Positions 36,000 through 45,527 of a stretch of DNA of 64,000 nucleotides are shown here, piece after piece. The notes under the pieces are model-generated. The model saw only the letters and a list, made by a program, of their open reading frames with translations, made no database searches and had not been told where the DNA came from. The position numbers were made by a program, and so were the translations under genes. The DNA is from an uncultured Candidatus Saccharibacteria bacterium. GTDB taxonomy: Bacteria > Patescibacteriota > Saccharimonadia > Saccharimonadales > JAGQNJ01. The stretch's first letter is position 1. Each line of letters begins with the position of its first letter. The stretch is from contig CAYRSA010000001.1 of assembly GCA_964426845.1 (NCBI GenBank), positions 43,237 through 107,236 of the forward strand. Direction: 5' to 3'.

Positions 36000-36864
36000 A
36001 GTTTTTGTAGTCGTTAAAGCGCACTTCAGTAGGCGTAATCTTCAGGACTACGTAGTCGCCGGCCGCAATTTTTGTTATCGGCGGAATATCAACTTCGCCT
36101 CTGTATAAGTGAGGTCTGACTATCTTCTCCAACATCATTTGGGCTTTGGGCAATTCTGATTCAACTGTAGCCATACCCTGCAATTGGACAGTTTGGCGGG
36201 CGCCTTCATCAACAACCGTCAGGGCCACGCCAGGGTGTACTAGAATATTTTGAGCTTTCCGGGTGGTGCTCTTGGTAGCTACATAAATGTCTCCGTTGTC
36301 GGATAGGGCATAGTAGACGGCCGCGCCGGTGATATTACCTTCGCGGTCGGCACTGGATAGCACGGCCAAGTTGTGCGAAGCCAAGAACACGCCGGCCGAC
36401 TTGTCGATACCCACGGGTGTCGCCGAGATTTCAGCTGGGTTGGGGCTGCCAATTGCCGTGCCGCCAACTTCCTCTAAGCGTCGTTCCTCCATATAGGAAA
36501 CGAATTTATCAGCGCATTTACGGTTTACAAACAGGATTGTGTAGTCACCAAGCCTAGTATGGACGGTGACGCCCGCAAAACGGCCTTGGGTATTGAAAGA
36601 CACGCCGCTCAGCACGTTGTAGGAGATCTCATCATTAATTCTGAAGAAAGGCTTGTGTTCTAGATAAAGCATTCTCAGGTTAGTAGCCACAAACATAGCT
36701 GACTCCCGACCACGACGACCGTATATTACACCGCCAATATGTTCGTCAGGATGAATCATGGTGGGCAGATGTTTGGTCTCGCCCTTCATAAGGCCATAAT
36801 TGGACATGCCGGCGGCCACCAACTCTTTACGAACCCGTTCTTCGTGGGCAGTCAATGGTTTCAT
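35983..36864 (-). CDS. bacterial PH-domain plus PNPOx-like fusion protein
   Basis: 293 aa; N-terminal YokE-like PH region, C-terminal FMN-binding split-barrel-like region. Confidence 0.55.
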   Translation of the reverse strand: MKPLTAHEERVRKELVAAGMSNYGLMKGETKHLPTMIHPDEHIGGVIYGRRGRESAMFVATNLRMLYLEHKPFFRINDEISYNVLSGVSFNTQGRFAGVTVHTRLGDYTILFVNRKCADKFVSYMEERRLEEVGGTAIGSPNPAEISATPVGIDKSAGVFLASHNLAVLSSADREGNITGAAVYYALSDNGDIYVATKSTTRKAQNILVHPGVALTVVDEGARQTVQLQGMATVESELPKAQMMLEKIVRPHLYRGEVDIPPITKIAAGDYVVLKITPTEVRFNDYKNSRSQQ

Positions 36865-36886
36865 ACTCTTATTATACTCCTCTGGG

Positions 36887-38041
36887 CTAGCGAACGGGGG
36901 TATAGCCCTCGGCCGCGCCGTGATCGGTCATGACCGCCTGGAACAATAGATTGGTTTGATTTCGAAATGAACCAGCACAGATGAGTAAGTAATACTGCCA
37001 CATGCGCTTGAATCTTTCGTCATAGTGGTCGGAGATGTCCGGCCAGGCTTTTTGAAAGTTAGCATGCCAGGCCATCAAGGTGTGATCGTAATTTGTGCCC
37101 ATTTCGTGCCAGTCGGCTATATCGAAGGCAGCTTTGGAAGCTCGCCGAATTTGAGCCTCCGAAGGGATGTGCCCGCCTGGGAAAATGTACTTAGTTATCC
37201 AGGGGTCGGTGGTCAGGCGGGTGCGGGGCGCCCCGATGGTGTGCAATAGGCTCATACCCCCGGGCTTGGTCACGGCTTTGACCTTATCAAAATAGCCGCG
37301 GTAGTTTTTTGGACCAACATGCTCGAACATACCGATAGAGTAAACTCGGTCGTATTGGCCAGTTACTTCACGCCAATCCTGGCGACGGACTTTGATTTTT
37401 GGGTGATGTTTCTTGATATAAGCCACCTGTTCAGACGCCGGTGTAATGCCGACGCCCTCTACACCGTACTTACGCATAGCATAACTCAACGGACCCCCCC
37501 AGCCACAGCCGATTTCCAACACCCGCATCCCCGGTTGAAGCCCCAGCTTGCGGCAAATTAGGTCAAACTTAGCTTCTTGAGCCTGGTCAAGGTATTTGGG
37601 GTCGCCTTTAGACTTGTCGGGAACATCTTTCCAGTAAGCACAGCTGTAAGCCATGGTCTTGCCCAGCATCGGTACATATAAATCGTTGCCAATATTGTAA
37701 TGGTGTTCGGCGTTATGCCTGGCCCGCTGGGGACTTTGGAGATTTTGAAACAGCGCGGCGGCGGCTGCTCGGGCTAGAGTCGCTTTTCCTAGACTTTGTA
37801 CTGGCGATTCGGCTCCACCGATTTTGTCGACCAGGATGTCCAGCCGTTCGCAGTCCCATAAGCCGTCCATATAGGTCTCGCCGGCGGCTAGGGCACCACC
37901 ACGGATCAAGCGCCCGTATGCCGACTCGTCATGAACCTGTGGATCCCAGGGGTTGGGGCCGTTGAGCTGGCAGCCAGCGGCTTCCAGCATTTTAGTGATT
38001 TTTTCTTCTGCGCTTAACGGCACGTAAGCTCCAATCTTCAC
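36887..38041 (-). CDS. cfa: cyclopropane-fatty-acyl-phospholipid synthase
   Basis: 384 aa; SAM motif VLEIGCGWGG, HYNIGNDLY, FEHVG, YIFPGG motifs. Confidence 0.88.
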   Translation of the reverse strand: MKIGAYVPLSAEEKITKMLEAAGCQLNGPNPWDPQVHDESAYGRLIRGGALAAGETYMDGLWDCERLDILVDKIGGAESPVQSLGKATLARAAAAALFQNLQSPQRARHNAEHHYNIGNDLYVPMLGKTMAYSCAYWKDVPDKSKGDPKYLDQAQEAKFDLICRKLGLQPGMRVLEIGCGWGGPLSYAMRKYGVEGVGITPASEQVAYIKKHHPKIKVRRQDWREVTGQYDRVYSIGMFEHVGPKNYRGYFDKVKAVTKPGGMSLLHTIGAPRTRLTTDPWITKYIFPGGHIPSEAQIRRASKAAFDIADWHEMGTNYDHTLMAWHANFQKAWPDISDHYDERFKRMWQYYLLICAGSFRNQTNLLFQAVMTDHGAAEGYTPVR

Positions 38042-38256
38042 TACAATGCTCTAGTAACTAAATTATTAGCATATCCCTATCTGTTAATCAAGGTGTGACT
38101 ACCCTTATAAAAGTACTCATCAGTATTTACTTGATGTCTATCTATACGGCGGGCTTCGGCGGTTGTTTCCAGTTTCAGACAAGACTGTCTTTATGCCTGT
38201 CCTGTTAGTACGGGCGTGGGGTAATAAAAAAAAGGGGGAGTTGTTATAATTAGATT

Positions 38257-40092
38257 ATGTCAGAACAACGTAATGGTCCGCGCGAGGAAGAAGTTTTCCA
38301 GACTCAACTGGCGTCAATCGTAGATAGACCTTTGGACCCCAGAAGTATTGATACTTACGCTGACGACATCCTGAATGACTTGATCGCTTTTTCTAGCGAG
38401 GTACGTGATAGGTATGCCGCAATAGACGGCCGGGCATATTCAAGCCTTAAGGATGTCGAAGACGCAGCGTTTGCTCATTTTGACCTTGAGGATATGGATG
38501 AGCTACTGGACTTCGTTCAAAGGAAAGCCGACGCCATTCACTCACTTGATGCTGTAATAGGCAAGGCCACCGAAGTTAACAAAGTTATTACACCCCCTGA
38601 AACAGAGTCTAGTCTGTCACAAGGGTATGAGCCGTTTGAGCCCAAGGAAATAATCCCAAAGTTAAAAACTACACTATTTGTTTTGCTCAATAACTTTGAA
38701 ATTGATGTTGCAGACCCCGATCAACTAAGACTTACCCGGGGCGTACTCGATCAACGTATGATGCGCAGACAAAGCTATTATATGCTTGAGGTCTTAAAGA
38801 TCGACCGTATAGCCCTAGTATGTGACGAGGGTGATAACGTTACCTTTGTATTTGACACAGCCCGCCTGAAAGAACTAGGAATATCGGCCAGTGATCTCGC
38901 TGATCTGCCAAAGCCAGATCTTGAAGACATAATCAAAAACGAGCCGAACAGTGGTAAGCGGTTCATTTATAGCAAAAACTACGCAGGCCGAATGCTCGAC
39001 GCACTACAGGATCCGACTACTGCGAATCGTCCTGAGCCCCCTGATAATGGGGAGTTACGCCTGGTAGTAGCCGCTCCAGAGAATTACCTAAGTACTAAGG
39101 GTCTTTGTGCGAAGCTGGGTGTAGGCAGTGTTGCTATCAAGAAAGTCCTCGAGGAACTTGGTGAAGCTTTAGGAGAAACACGCCCTTATAAATTTGGTTC
39201 CAAAACGACCGTTGGATATTCTCCGCAACAGCAAGCTATGATTGAAACAGCTATAGAGGCTGATGGCCCCCGGACTATGCCAGACGGGTATCTCAACACA
39301 AGAAATATTGCCTCTATAACCGGCCTGGATTGGCCTTTAGTTAATAAAGTCATTGAAAGCCTGGGCGAGGAGCTGGGAGAGGTTTATAAATACCGGTCAG
39401 CCGGAAAGTTAGTTTCCGCCTTTAGCCCAGAACAACAGGATCTTATTCTGGAGAACATTCAGATTATTCCTGATGCGCCCGAGGGCTATTTGTCACGAAC
39501 AGGTATAAATGCTGCCACTGGCTTTAGTCATGATTTATTAAGGAAAGCAATCGCTGCTGTCCGCGATGAATTGGGCGAACCAACAATTCTCAAGGGGAAG
39601 ACAGGAGTAGGCACTGAGTTCTTTTCTCCAGAAAAACAAGAAATTATTATGGATTACCTCTCTAGGGAAGGTTTTTTGGCTAGTGACGCGCCGGAGGGTT
39701 ACCTGACCGTTGCGGGCATTGCTAGTCATTTTGGTATATCTAGCAATGCTGTCAATACCGCAACTGAAGTAATTGGAGAAGAATTAGGCCCAGCCCATAG
39801 GTATAAAGTGCAATCACATGTTGCGCTTACTTATTCACCGGACCAAATCGCTAAGATTCGTGAACACCTGGAGTTGAATAAAAAGTTGGCCGGGCGGCCG
39901 CCTGAGGGTTTTATGTCCATCAGACGCGTCGCAACACAATATGGACATTCAACCGACACCGTCTGGAAAGCTTTGGATGAGTTAGAAGACGAACTTGGAG
40001 AGATAGCAGACCACAAGTATGGATCTGTGGTTACAAAAAGCCTGTCGCCAGAACAGCAACAAATATTGATACGCCACATGGAGAAGATATAG
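38257..40092 (+). CDS. hypothetical 611-aa protein with 5 C-terminal tandem ~65-aa HTH-like modules
   Basis: repeats from 39070: APENYLSTKGLCAKLGVG..., MPDGYLNTRNIASITGLD..., APEGYLSRTGINAATGFS..., APEGYLTVAGIASHFGIS..., PPEGFMSIRRVATQYGHS..., each ending ..YSPEQQ..I; TGtTATAAT 6 nt before ATG. Confidence 0.75.
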   Translation: MSEQRNGPREEEVFQTQLASIVDRPLDPRSIDTYADDILNDLIAFSSEVRDRYAAIDGRAYSSLKDVEDAAFAHFDLEDMDELLDFVQRKADAIHSLDAVIGKATEVNKVITPPETESSLSQGYEPFEPKEIIPKLKTTLFVLLNNFEIDVADPDQLRLTRGVLDQRMMRRQSYYMLEVLKIDRIALVCDEGDNVTFVFDTARLKELGISASDLADLPKPDLEDIIKNEPNSGKRFIYSKNYAGRMLDALQDPTTANRPEPPDNGELRLVVAAPENYLSTKGLCAKLGVGSVAIKKVLEELGEALGETRPYKFGSKTTVGYSPQQQAMIETAIEADGPRTMPDGYLNTRNIASITGLDWPLVNKVIESLGEELGEVYKYRSAGKLVSAFSPEQQDLILENIQIIPDAPEGYLSRTGINAATGFSHDLLRKAIAAVRDELGEPTILKGKTGVGTEFFSPEKQEIIMDYLSREGFLASDAPEGYLTVAGIASHFGISSNAVNTATEVIGEELGPAHRYKVQSHVALTYSPDQIAKIREHLELNKKLAGRPPEGFMSIRRVATQYGHSTDTVWKALDELEDELGEIADHKYGSVVTKSLSPEQQQILIRHMEKI

Positions 40093-40137
40093 ACCCCTGT
40101 CGTCACAGCACAAGCACAAGCGTGATAGAATAGGGGT

Positions 40138-41421
40138 ATGACAAACAGTTCGCTTAAGAAGAAGCGTTCCAGTAAGAAAAATAGCCGGCCGACTTTTTGG
40201 CAAAGGCACCGGATATTTAAGTGGTTTTTAATCATCTTAGCAGCCTTGGTGGCTTTAATGTTCCTGAAGTCAGCTTTCGGTACCTGGCAAACCAACAAAC
40301 AGCAGTCCGAGCTAGCGCCGTTTTATGACACCACTGGACTATCTCTAGACGGGCCACTGGGCGAAGTAGTCAGATGGGAGAATTTGGGCGACGAAGTAGT
40401 CGGCGGTATCGGTTACCGAGTTTTGTATAGGACCGAGAAAGCTGATGGCACTAATACTTTTACATCTGGCATGGTGTTTGTGCCGTACAATCCGGCTCAG
40501 AACCGGCCGGTGTTGGCTTGGGCTCATGGCACCCTGGGGTTGGGTGACGTGTGCACGCCGTCCAGAGTTAAAGATCCGGCTAATATCTCGTGGTTGGGCG
40601 ATGCATTGAGCCAGGGTTGGGTAGTGACAGCGACTGATTACGCTGGTCAGGGAACGCCCGGGCCACAGGAGTACTTGGTGGGCTCGGCTGAGGCTCATGA
40701 CGTTATTAACAGTGTGCGAGCCGCCCGCAACATGGAGCAAACCAACGCCAGCAACGAATACGTAGTCTGGGGCCATTCCCAAGGAGGCAACTCGGCTCTG
40801 TTTACAGCCAGCAACTCGTCTAAATATGCACCGGAATTATCCCTGAAGGGCACGGTGGCCTCGGCCCCAGCCGCTGAACTACCAGAACTGCTTGACGCTC
40901 AGTACAATACAGCTACTGGCTGGGTGATTGGCTCGATTGTAGCCGCGACTTGGCCAGCCGTAAACCCGGCATTAAATCTTAATGATGTGCTGAGCAACGC
41001 CGGCCAGAAGACTTATCAGAAGTTGGCTAATCAGTGTATTCAGAAGTCGGCCCTAGCCGGCCTAATGCGAACAGCTTTGAAGCAACAGATATTCTCGACT
41101 AACCCTATCGAGGTTCCGGCCTGGAAAGACATGGCCGTGGCTCAGTCTGGACCGAATTTGGCAGCTAATCAGCCGTTGTTAGTGGTCGAGAGCAAAACTG
41201 ATAAAGTCGTTCTGCCGTCGACCACGGCGCTGTATATCCAGCAGGCTTGCTCGGCTGGCTCGAACTTGCAAAGCTTGTGGATCGACAAGGGTAATCATGA
41301 AGTCATACCGAAGTTGACCTACCCGCAGGTGATCCCGTGGATTAAAGACCGGTTCCAGGGATTGGCTAACCAATCTAGTTGCTCTCAGCCACCGGCGGTG
41401 ACACCGGCCACACCCATTTAG
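40138..41421 (+). CDS. secreted alpha/beta-hydrolase, LIP-type lipase-like
   Basis: 427 aa; basic N-terminus plus TM/signal; nucleophile elbow GHSQGG. Confidence 0.7.
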   Translation: MTNSSLKKKRSSKKNSRPTFWQRHRIFKWFLIILAALVALMFLKSAFGTWQTNKQQSELAPFYDTTGLSLDGPLGEVVRWENLGDEVVGGIGYRVLYRTEKADGTNTFTSGMVFVPYNPAQNRPVLAWAHGTLGLGDVCTPSRVKDPANISWLGDALSQGWVVTATDYAGQGTPGPQEYLVGSAEAHDVINSVRAARNMEQTNASNEYVVWGHSQGGNSALFTASNSSKYAPELSLKGTVASAPAAELPELLDAQYNTATGWVIGSIVAATWPAVNPALNLNDVLSNAGQKTYQKLANQCIQKSALAGLMRTALKQQIFSTNPIEVPAWKDMAVAQSGPNLAANQPLLVVESKTDKVVLPSTTALYIQQACSAGSNLQSLWIDKGNHEVIPKLTYPQVIPWIKDRFQGLANQSSCSQPPAVTPATPI

Positions 41422-44109
41422 TTACTCCATGTTCCGCTTAACATGTTCCGCTTGATCGGCGGTATAGTATTCGGCTAATTGTCCGTTCCCAGCTAGGTAC
41501 TCTGCAGGTTGTATACCAAGTTCGATGGCCTTTTCCCGAAAGAGCTGGGCCCGCCTGGTGCTTCCCGCAGCCGTGAATGCGGTTACAACCGTGTCTGGAG
41601 CAGGCTGATAACTGAAGTATGGATGTTGCTTTAGCTGTTCGAGGTCTTCGGGAGACAGGTATCTCGATACTCTACCTTTGGAATTTTTGAATCTCTGCCA
41701 CTCCATGCCCAAACTTTTAACCATCTGGTCGATATATCGACCATCTCGTCCCAATTCTTCACTTAGGTCGTTGACTGAGTAGAAGCCATCCGGGGCTACT
41801 GTAGTTGTTAACAACGGATGCTGTTCAAGACTGGCAACATTTTCTGGGGTCAAATGCTTCGATAATCTTCCTTTGTCCGTTCTGTGCATAGTAACTTCTA
41901 TGCCTAGCTCGACACACATACTTTCTAGAGTTATTGTCGAGAGTCCGTTAGACCGAGCAAAGCTTCGAAAGCCGACAAGCGTGTCAGATCCTCGCTCACT
42001 GGTGACAATGGGGTGCTCGGCGATCCGATCATAGTCTTCATCCGAAACGTAAGCAACAGGAATATTTCGCGGACTGCGATAAGTAGTGATTTCTATTCCG
42101 AGGTCTTCACAGGCTGATTGAAAGGCAGCAAGGGTGACATCAAGTTTGGCGTGAGCTTGGTTCACTGAAATAAAGCCCTCCTCAGGTACGGGTGATCCCC
42201 GTCTTTCGTAAGCTTCTCGGAGTATATCTATATCACGTGGTGAATAATGATCTGTCAACAAACCTCGATCTGTCAGATAAGGCGTCGGTGTTACTCCGGT
42301 TTCCGCGACTAGGTCAGCGAATAGTCGAGAGGAGGCGAAGCCTATTTGTTCTGAGACTGTTCTTCGAGTCACAAACTCCTCGGGGGCATAGTCGGCCTGA
42401 ACATCTGGGTATTTTCGAAGATCCTGAATCTGTTCTGGCGACAGACACATGCCTAGCTTTTTGCTGAGTGGAGAGGGGTAGAAAGACACTGCCATCTTGG
42501 TATCACTAATTATTCTCTCTATCTTGGCCCTACTAACTCCCAAGTTTTCGGCTGCAGTCGAGATGTGAACATAATCCTCTGGCATATCTTGGTAGTGCTC
42601 GATAATGTAGTCGACGATCGCCTCGGCATCCTCGGGGTTCAGGTAGTAGTATGTCCGCCGACCTCGGGATATTTGACTAGTTTCAACTTCAAGCAATCCG
42701 GCTATCCGGCCAATAAAGTCATCCGTAACACCTAAGCTATTAGCAAGGCCACCTAGAGTCATCCAACCTGTTTCGTTCATTTGTCTCTCGGTCTGAAGGG
42801 TGTTTTCGACCTCAGACAACACCTCTAAAACATCGCGAGTCGTCTTTGAGAACTTAACTTCACCGATTTGGACACGCTGTACTTCTTTGGGAATGCCTCG
42901 CTTTTCGGCATGGGTCTGAACTTTGTCCCAGAACTCTCTGACCATTAACAGCCTGTCAGCATTAGCTACAAAATCACGAACTTGAACCCGCTCTTTTCCC
43001 GGGAACTTACGCAAGCCCCGACCGAGCTGTTGTAAGAAGATAGTTGGTGATTCGGTCATACGTCGGAAAACCACTTGGTTAACGTCAGGCACATCGATAC
43101 CTTCGTTAAACATGTCAATTGTTAGTAGTGTATCCAGTTCTCCTGACCTTAACTGATCTAGGTATTTTTTGACCTCATGAGTGGGTAAACCCGAATGGAC
43201 GGGGGCGGCACGGTCAAAATACTGAGCAAATTCTTCGGCATCTTCAATCGAGGTACAGAAAACTAGTCGCTTGACCGGACCTTGGATATCAGCCTCGTCA
43301 GCGATACATATATCGGCCATCTCTTGATCTCGTAGGGGAACAAAGATGCTGCGGTTGAGTTGTGTGTAAGCGTGTTCATCGCCGTGTATATCAACCAGGA
43401 GGCGGTTAGTTTCAACGTCGTCAATACAAACCTGATAATCAACTTGGGTCAAGGAACCTTCCGCAATAGCTTCTTCCAGAGGCTTTGTATAGCGTTCAGG
43501 ACCAAAAACTTCCCTAATGTTCCTTTGATCCATACGATCAGGCGTTGCCGTCACCCCGACAAGGGAGTCGAAAGCAAAATACCGAACTGTCGGTTCGTAG
43601 GTTACGGCCTTAGCATGGTGACCTTCGTCGACATAGCCAAATCTGAACTCATCTGGCATAAAGGCCTCTCTCCACCTGCGCATAGCCTGAAAAGAGGCGA
43701 ACAGACAAGTTACTTCATGATAATCCCGTTCTTCACCTGTAAATATACCGTAAGTGTGGTCTGGACCAACTATTTTTTCGAAGCGGTCCCTGGATTGTTC
43801 AAGTATACGGTTTTGATGACAAAGAAATAGCACTCGATCTTCTGGGCTCTGGCTTAATAGTCTGCGGGCATCAGCCGCCATAACCGTGGTCTTACCTAGG
43901 CCTGGAGCCATCTGTATTAGGGTAGTACTAGCGCCTGCTTGACGAGCCGCCTCTATAGCATCCAAGGCCTCAATTTGTTCTACCCGAGTCTCAATATCGG
44001 GATTTTCTTGCTGAATATCAGCTATTAACCTCAGGGTATCTTCTGAAAATGGGTAGCTAGAACCGGGAGGAATTCCTGCTGGCAAGCGCTCAAAACTAAC
44101 GTCCGACAT
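41422..44109 (-). CDS. SF2 DExH helicase (ResIII/Helicase_C type) fused to 7 C-terminal ~60-65-aa HTH-like modules
   Basis: 895 aa; APGLGKT, DEGH, TATP, QQLGRGLR motifs in aa 60-370; repeat region aa 444-895 (nt 41425-42780); stop abuts lipase stop with 0 nt. Confidence 0.85.
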   Translation of the reverse strand: MSDVSFERLPAGIPPGSSYPFSEDTLRLIADIQQENPDIETRVEQIEALDAIEAARQAGASTTLIQMAPGLGKTTVMAADARRLLSQSPEDRVLFLCHQNRILEQSRDRFEKIVGPDHTYGIFTGEERDYHEVTCLFASFQAMRRWREAFMPDEFRFGYVDEGHHAKAVTYEPTVRYFAFDSLVGVTATPDRMDQRNIREVFGPERYTKPLEEAIAEGSLTQVDYQVCIDDVETNRLLVDIHGDEHAYTQLNRSIFVPLRDQEMADICIADEADIQGPVKRLVFCTSIEDAEEFAQYFDRAAPVHSGLPTHEVKKYLDQLRSGELDTLLTIDMFNEGIDVPDVNQVVFRRMTESPTIFLQQLGRGLRKFPGKERVQVRDFVANADRLLMVREFWDKVQTHAEKRGIPKEVQRVQIGEVKFSKTTRDVLEVLSEVENTLQTERQMNETGWMTLGGLANSLGVTDDFIGRIAGLLEVETSQISRGRRTYYYLNPEDAEAIVDYIIEHYQDMPEDYVHISTAAENLGVSRAKIERIISDTKMAVSFYPSPLSKKLGMCLSPEQIQDLRKYPDVQADYAPEEFVTRRTVSEQIGFASSRLFADLVAETGVTPTPYLTDRGLLTDHYSPRDIDILREAYERRGSPVPEEGFISVNQAHAKLDVTLAAFQSACEDLGIEITTYRSPRNIPVAYVSDEDYDRIAEHPIVTSERGSDTLVGFRSFARSNGLSTITLESMCVELGIEVTMHRTDKGRLSKHLTPENVASLEQHPLLTTTVAPDGFYSVNDLSEELGRDGRYIDQMVKSLGMEWQRFKNSKGRVSRYLSPEDLEQLKQHPYFSYQPAPDTVVTAFTAAGSTRRAQLFREKAIELGIQPAEYLAGNGQLAEYYTADQAEHVKRNME

Positions 44110-44156
44110 TCCAAGATTATACTATATTACTCTAATATTATCAAGGGTGGGGTAGT

Positions 44157-44846
44157 CTAGTGCCAGGTCTCGATAGACTCGTGGAGAGCTTCAACCTCAT
44201 CTGCATATGCCCCGGCTAAGTCGTTTTCATCAGCAAACCGCTTTGCATTGATTCGAGCCGCCCCCAGGTTAAAGCCCCTTATTAGAGTTGATTCCACTAC
44301 GTACTCCATTGATCTTTGCATAAACTCAGATGAGGGCTCGCCGTCTGTTGCGCCCCCTGTTTCTTCAAAAATTTCCCTTATTCTTTGGTGCCGCTCGGCT
44401 TTGGCGACTTCACTGTCAAGCCGCTTCAAGGCCGGACTTTCAGCTATAAAGTATTTAGCGATAGTAGGCTGGATGGTGCCACCCTTTATTTGGTACTGAA
44501 TCCAATCCTGTGGTATTACCTCGTCATCTGGCCGGGTGGTTCGAAGGTCTATTTGTAAAATGGTCGCGCGGGGGTCTAGATAGCCACCAGTGTTAAGAAT
44601 AGTAGCTGGTTTGTAGTCTGTGGCCTGCTCTGGAGTCAAACCGGCCCGGTCTCTTACGGCGTCGGGCAAAGTCAAGGGTTCTTGACCATACCAGAAATGG
44701 AGCGACGTTAATTGGGGATATGGAGACTCCTCACAGTTAAGCATATTGTGGCCGACAGCAGCCGTTAATAGCCCGCTAATCTGTTCGGGGCTGGCAAGTA
44801 TCTCTGACATGTCGGATATTATCCACCAATCAAGTAGATTCTGCAA
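44157..44846 (-). CDS. hypothetical protein (229 aa), first gene of the helicase unit
   Basis: co-oriented, 47 nt upstream of the helicase start; no domain recognised. Confidence 0.55.
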   Translation of the reverse strand: MQNLLDWWIISDMSEILASPEQISGLLTAAVGHNMLNCEESPYPQLTSLHFWYGQEPLTLPDAVRDRAGLTPEQATDYKPATILNTGGYLDPRATILQIDLRTTRPDDEVIPQDWIQYQIKGGTIQPTIAKYFIAESPALKRLDSEVAKAERHQRIREIFEETGGATDGEPSSEFMQRSMEYVVESTLIRGFNLGAARINAKRFADENDLAGAYADEVEALHESIETWH

Positions 44847-44897
44847 GCATAAGCAATTATGCTATTATTACAACAACCATTAAAAAGGACTCTTATT

Positions 44898-45518
44898 ATG
44901 AAACTACGAAACAATCAGCAGGGAATCGCTCATCTGTATTTAATCCTAGCCTTGATTCTAGCTCTAGTCATCGGCCTGGTTGGTTGGCGAGTATGGGCTA
45001 TGAGATCAGACAAAGCGGCTGAGACCTCAACGGCTAAGACGGCCGAGGAGGAAGAGCCAGCCCCAGCCCTAACATATGTCCAGCCGCCCAGCGAAGATTA
45101 CCGGGTAGCTTTGCCCGATACCTGGGTTACTGGCAGCTGTCCAGATACCCCAAATCTGTTATTCTTGGCGCCAACTAGCGATAAGCTAGGCAAGTGTAAT
45201 AGCGAGTCCGGTGGCACAGTGAGCATTAGCCGCAACGATGGCAATACCGGTTATGGGGAAGACTATTATACGGCGGATGATTATTACGGCAGTGTCAGTT
45301 ACACACCAGTAACTATTGACGGTATCGAGGGCTATAAAGTGGCCTACACAGTGTCTACAGCGACCGAGCTAGGCTATCCACCAATCGGCACCCAAGTAGT
45401 GCAATACGTGCTGTTTGACGGCACCAACACCTACCAGGTTACTTACACTCGCTTTAGCGGCGACCCAGACCTCAGCGCTCAGGCCCAAGCCATTGCTGAG
45501 TCGTTTGATGTGTTGTAG
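44898..45518 (+). CDS. hypothetical membrane-anchored/secreted protein
   Basis: start set to ATG 44898 (SD AAAGGA); N-terminal TM LYLILALILALVIGLVGW. Confidence 0.55.
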   Translation: MKLRNNQQGIAHLYLILALILALVIGLVGWRVWAMRSDKAAETSTAKTAEEEEPAPALTYVQPPSEDYRVALPDTWVTGSCPDTPNLLFLAPTSDKLGKCNSESGGTVSISRNDGNTGYGEDYYTADDYYGSVSYTPVTIDGIEGYKVAYTVSTATELGYPPIGTQVVQYVLFDGTNTYQVTYTRFSGDPDLSAQAQAIAESFDVL

Positions 45519-45527
45519 CTCTACCAG

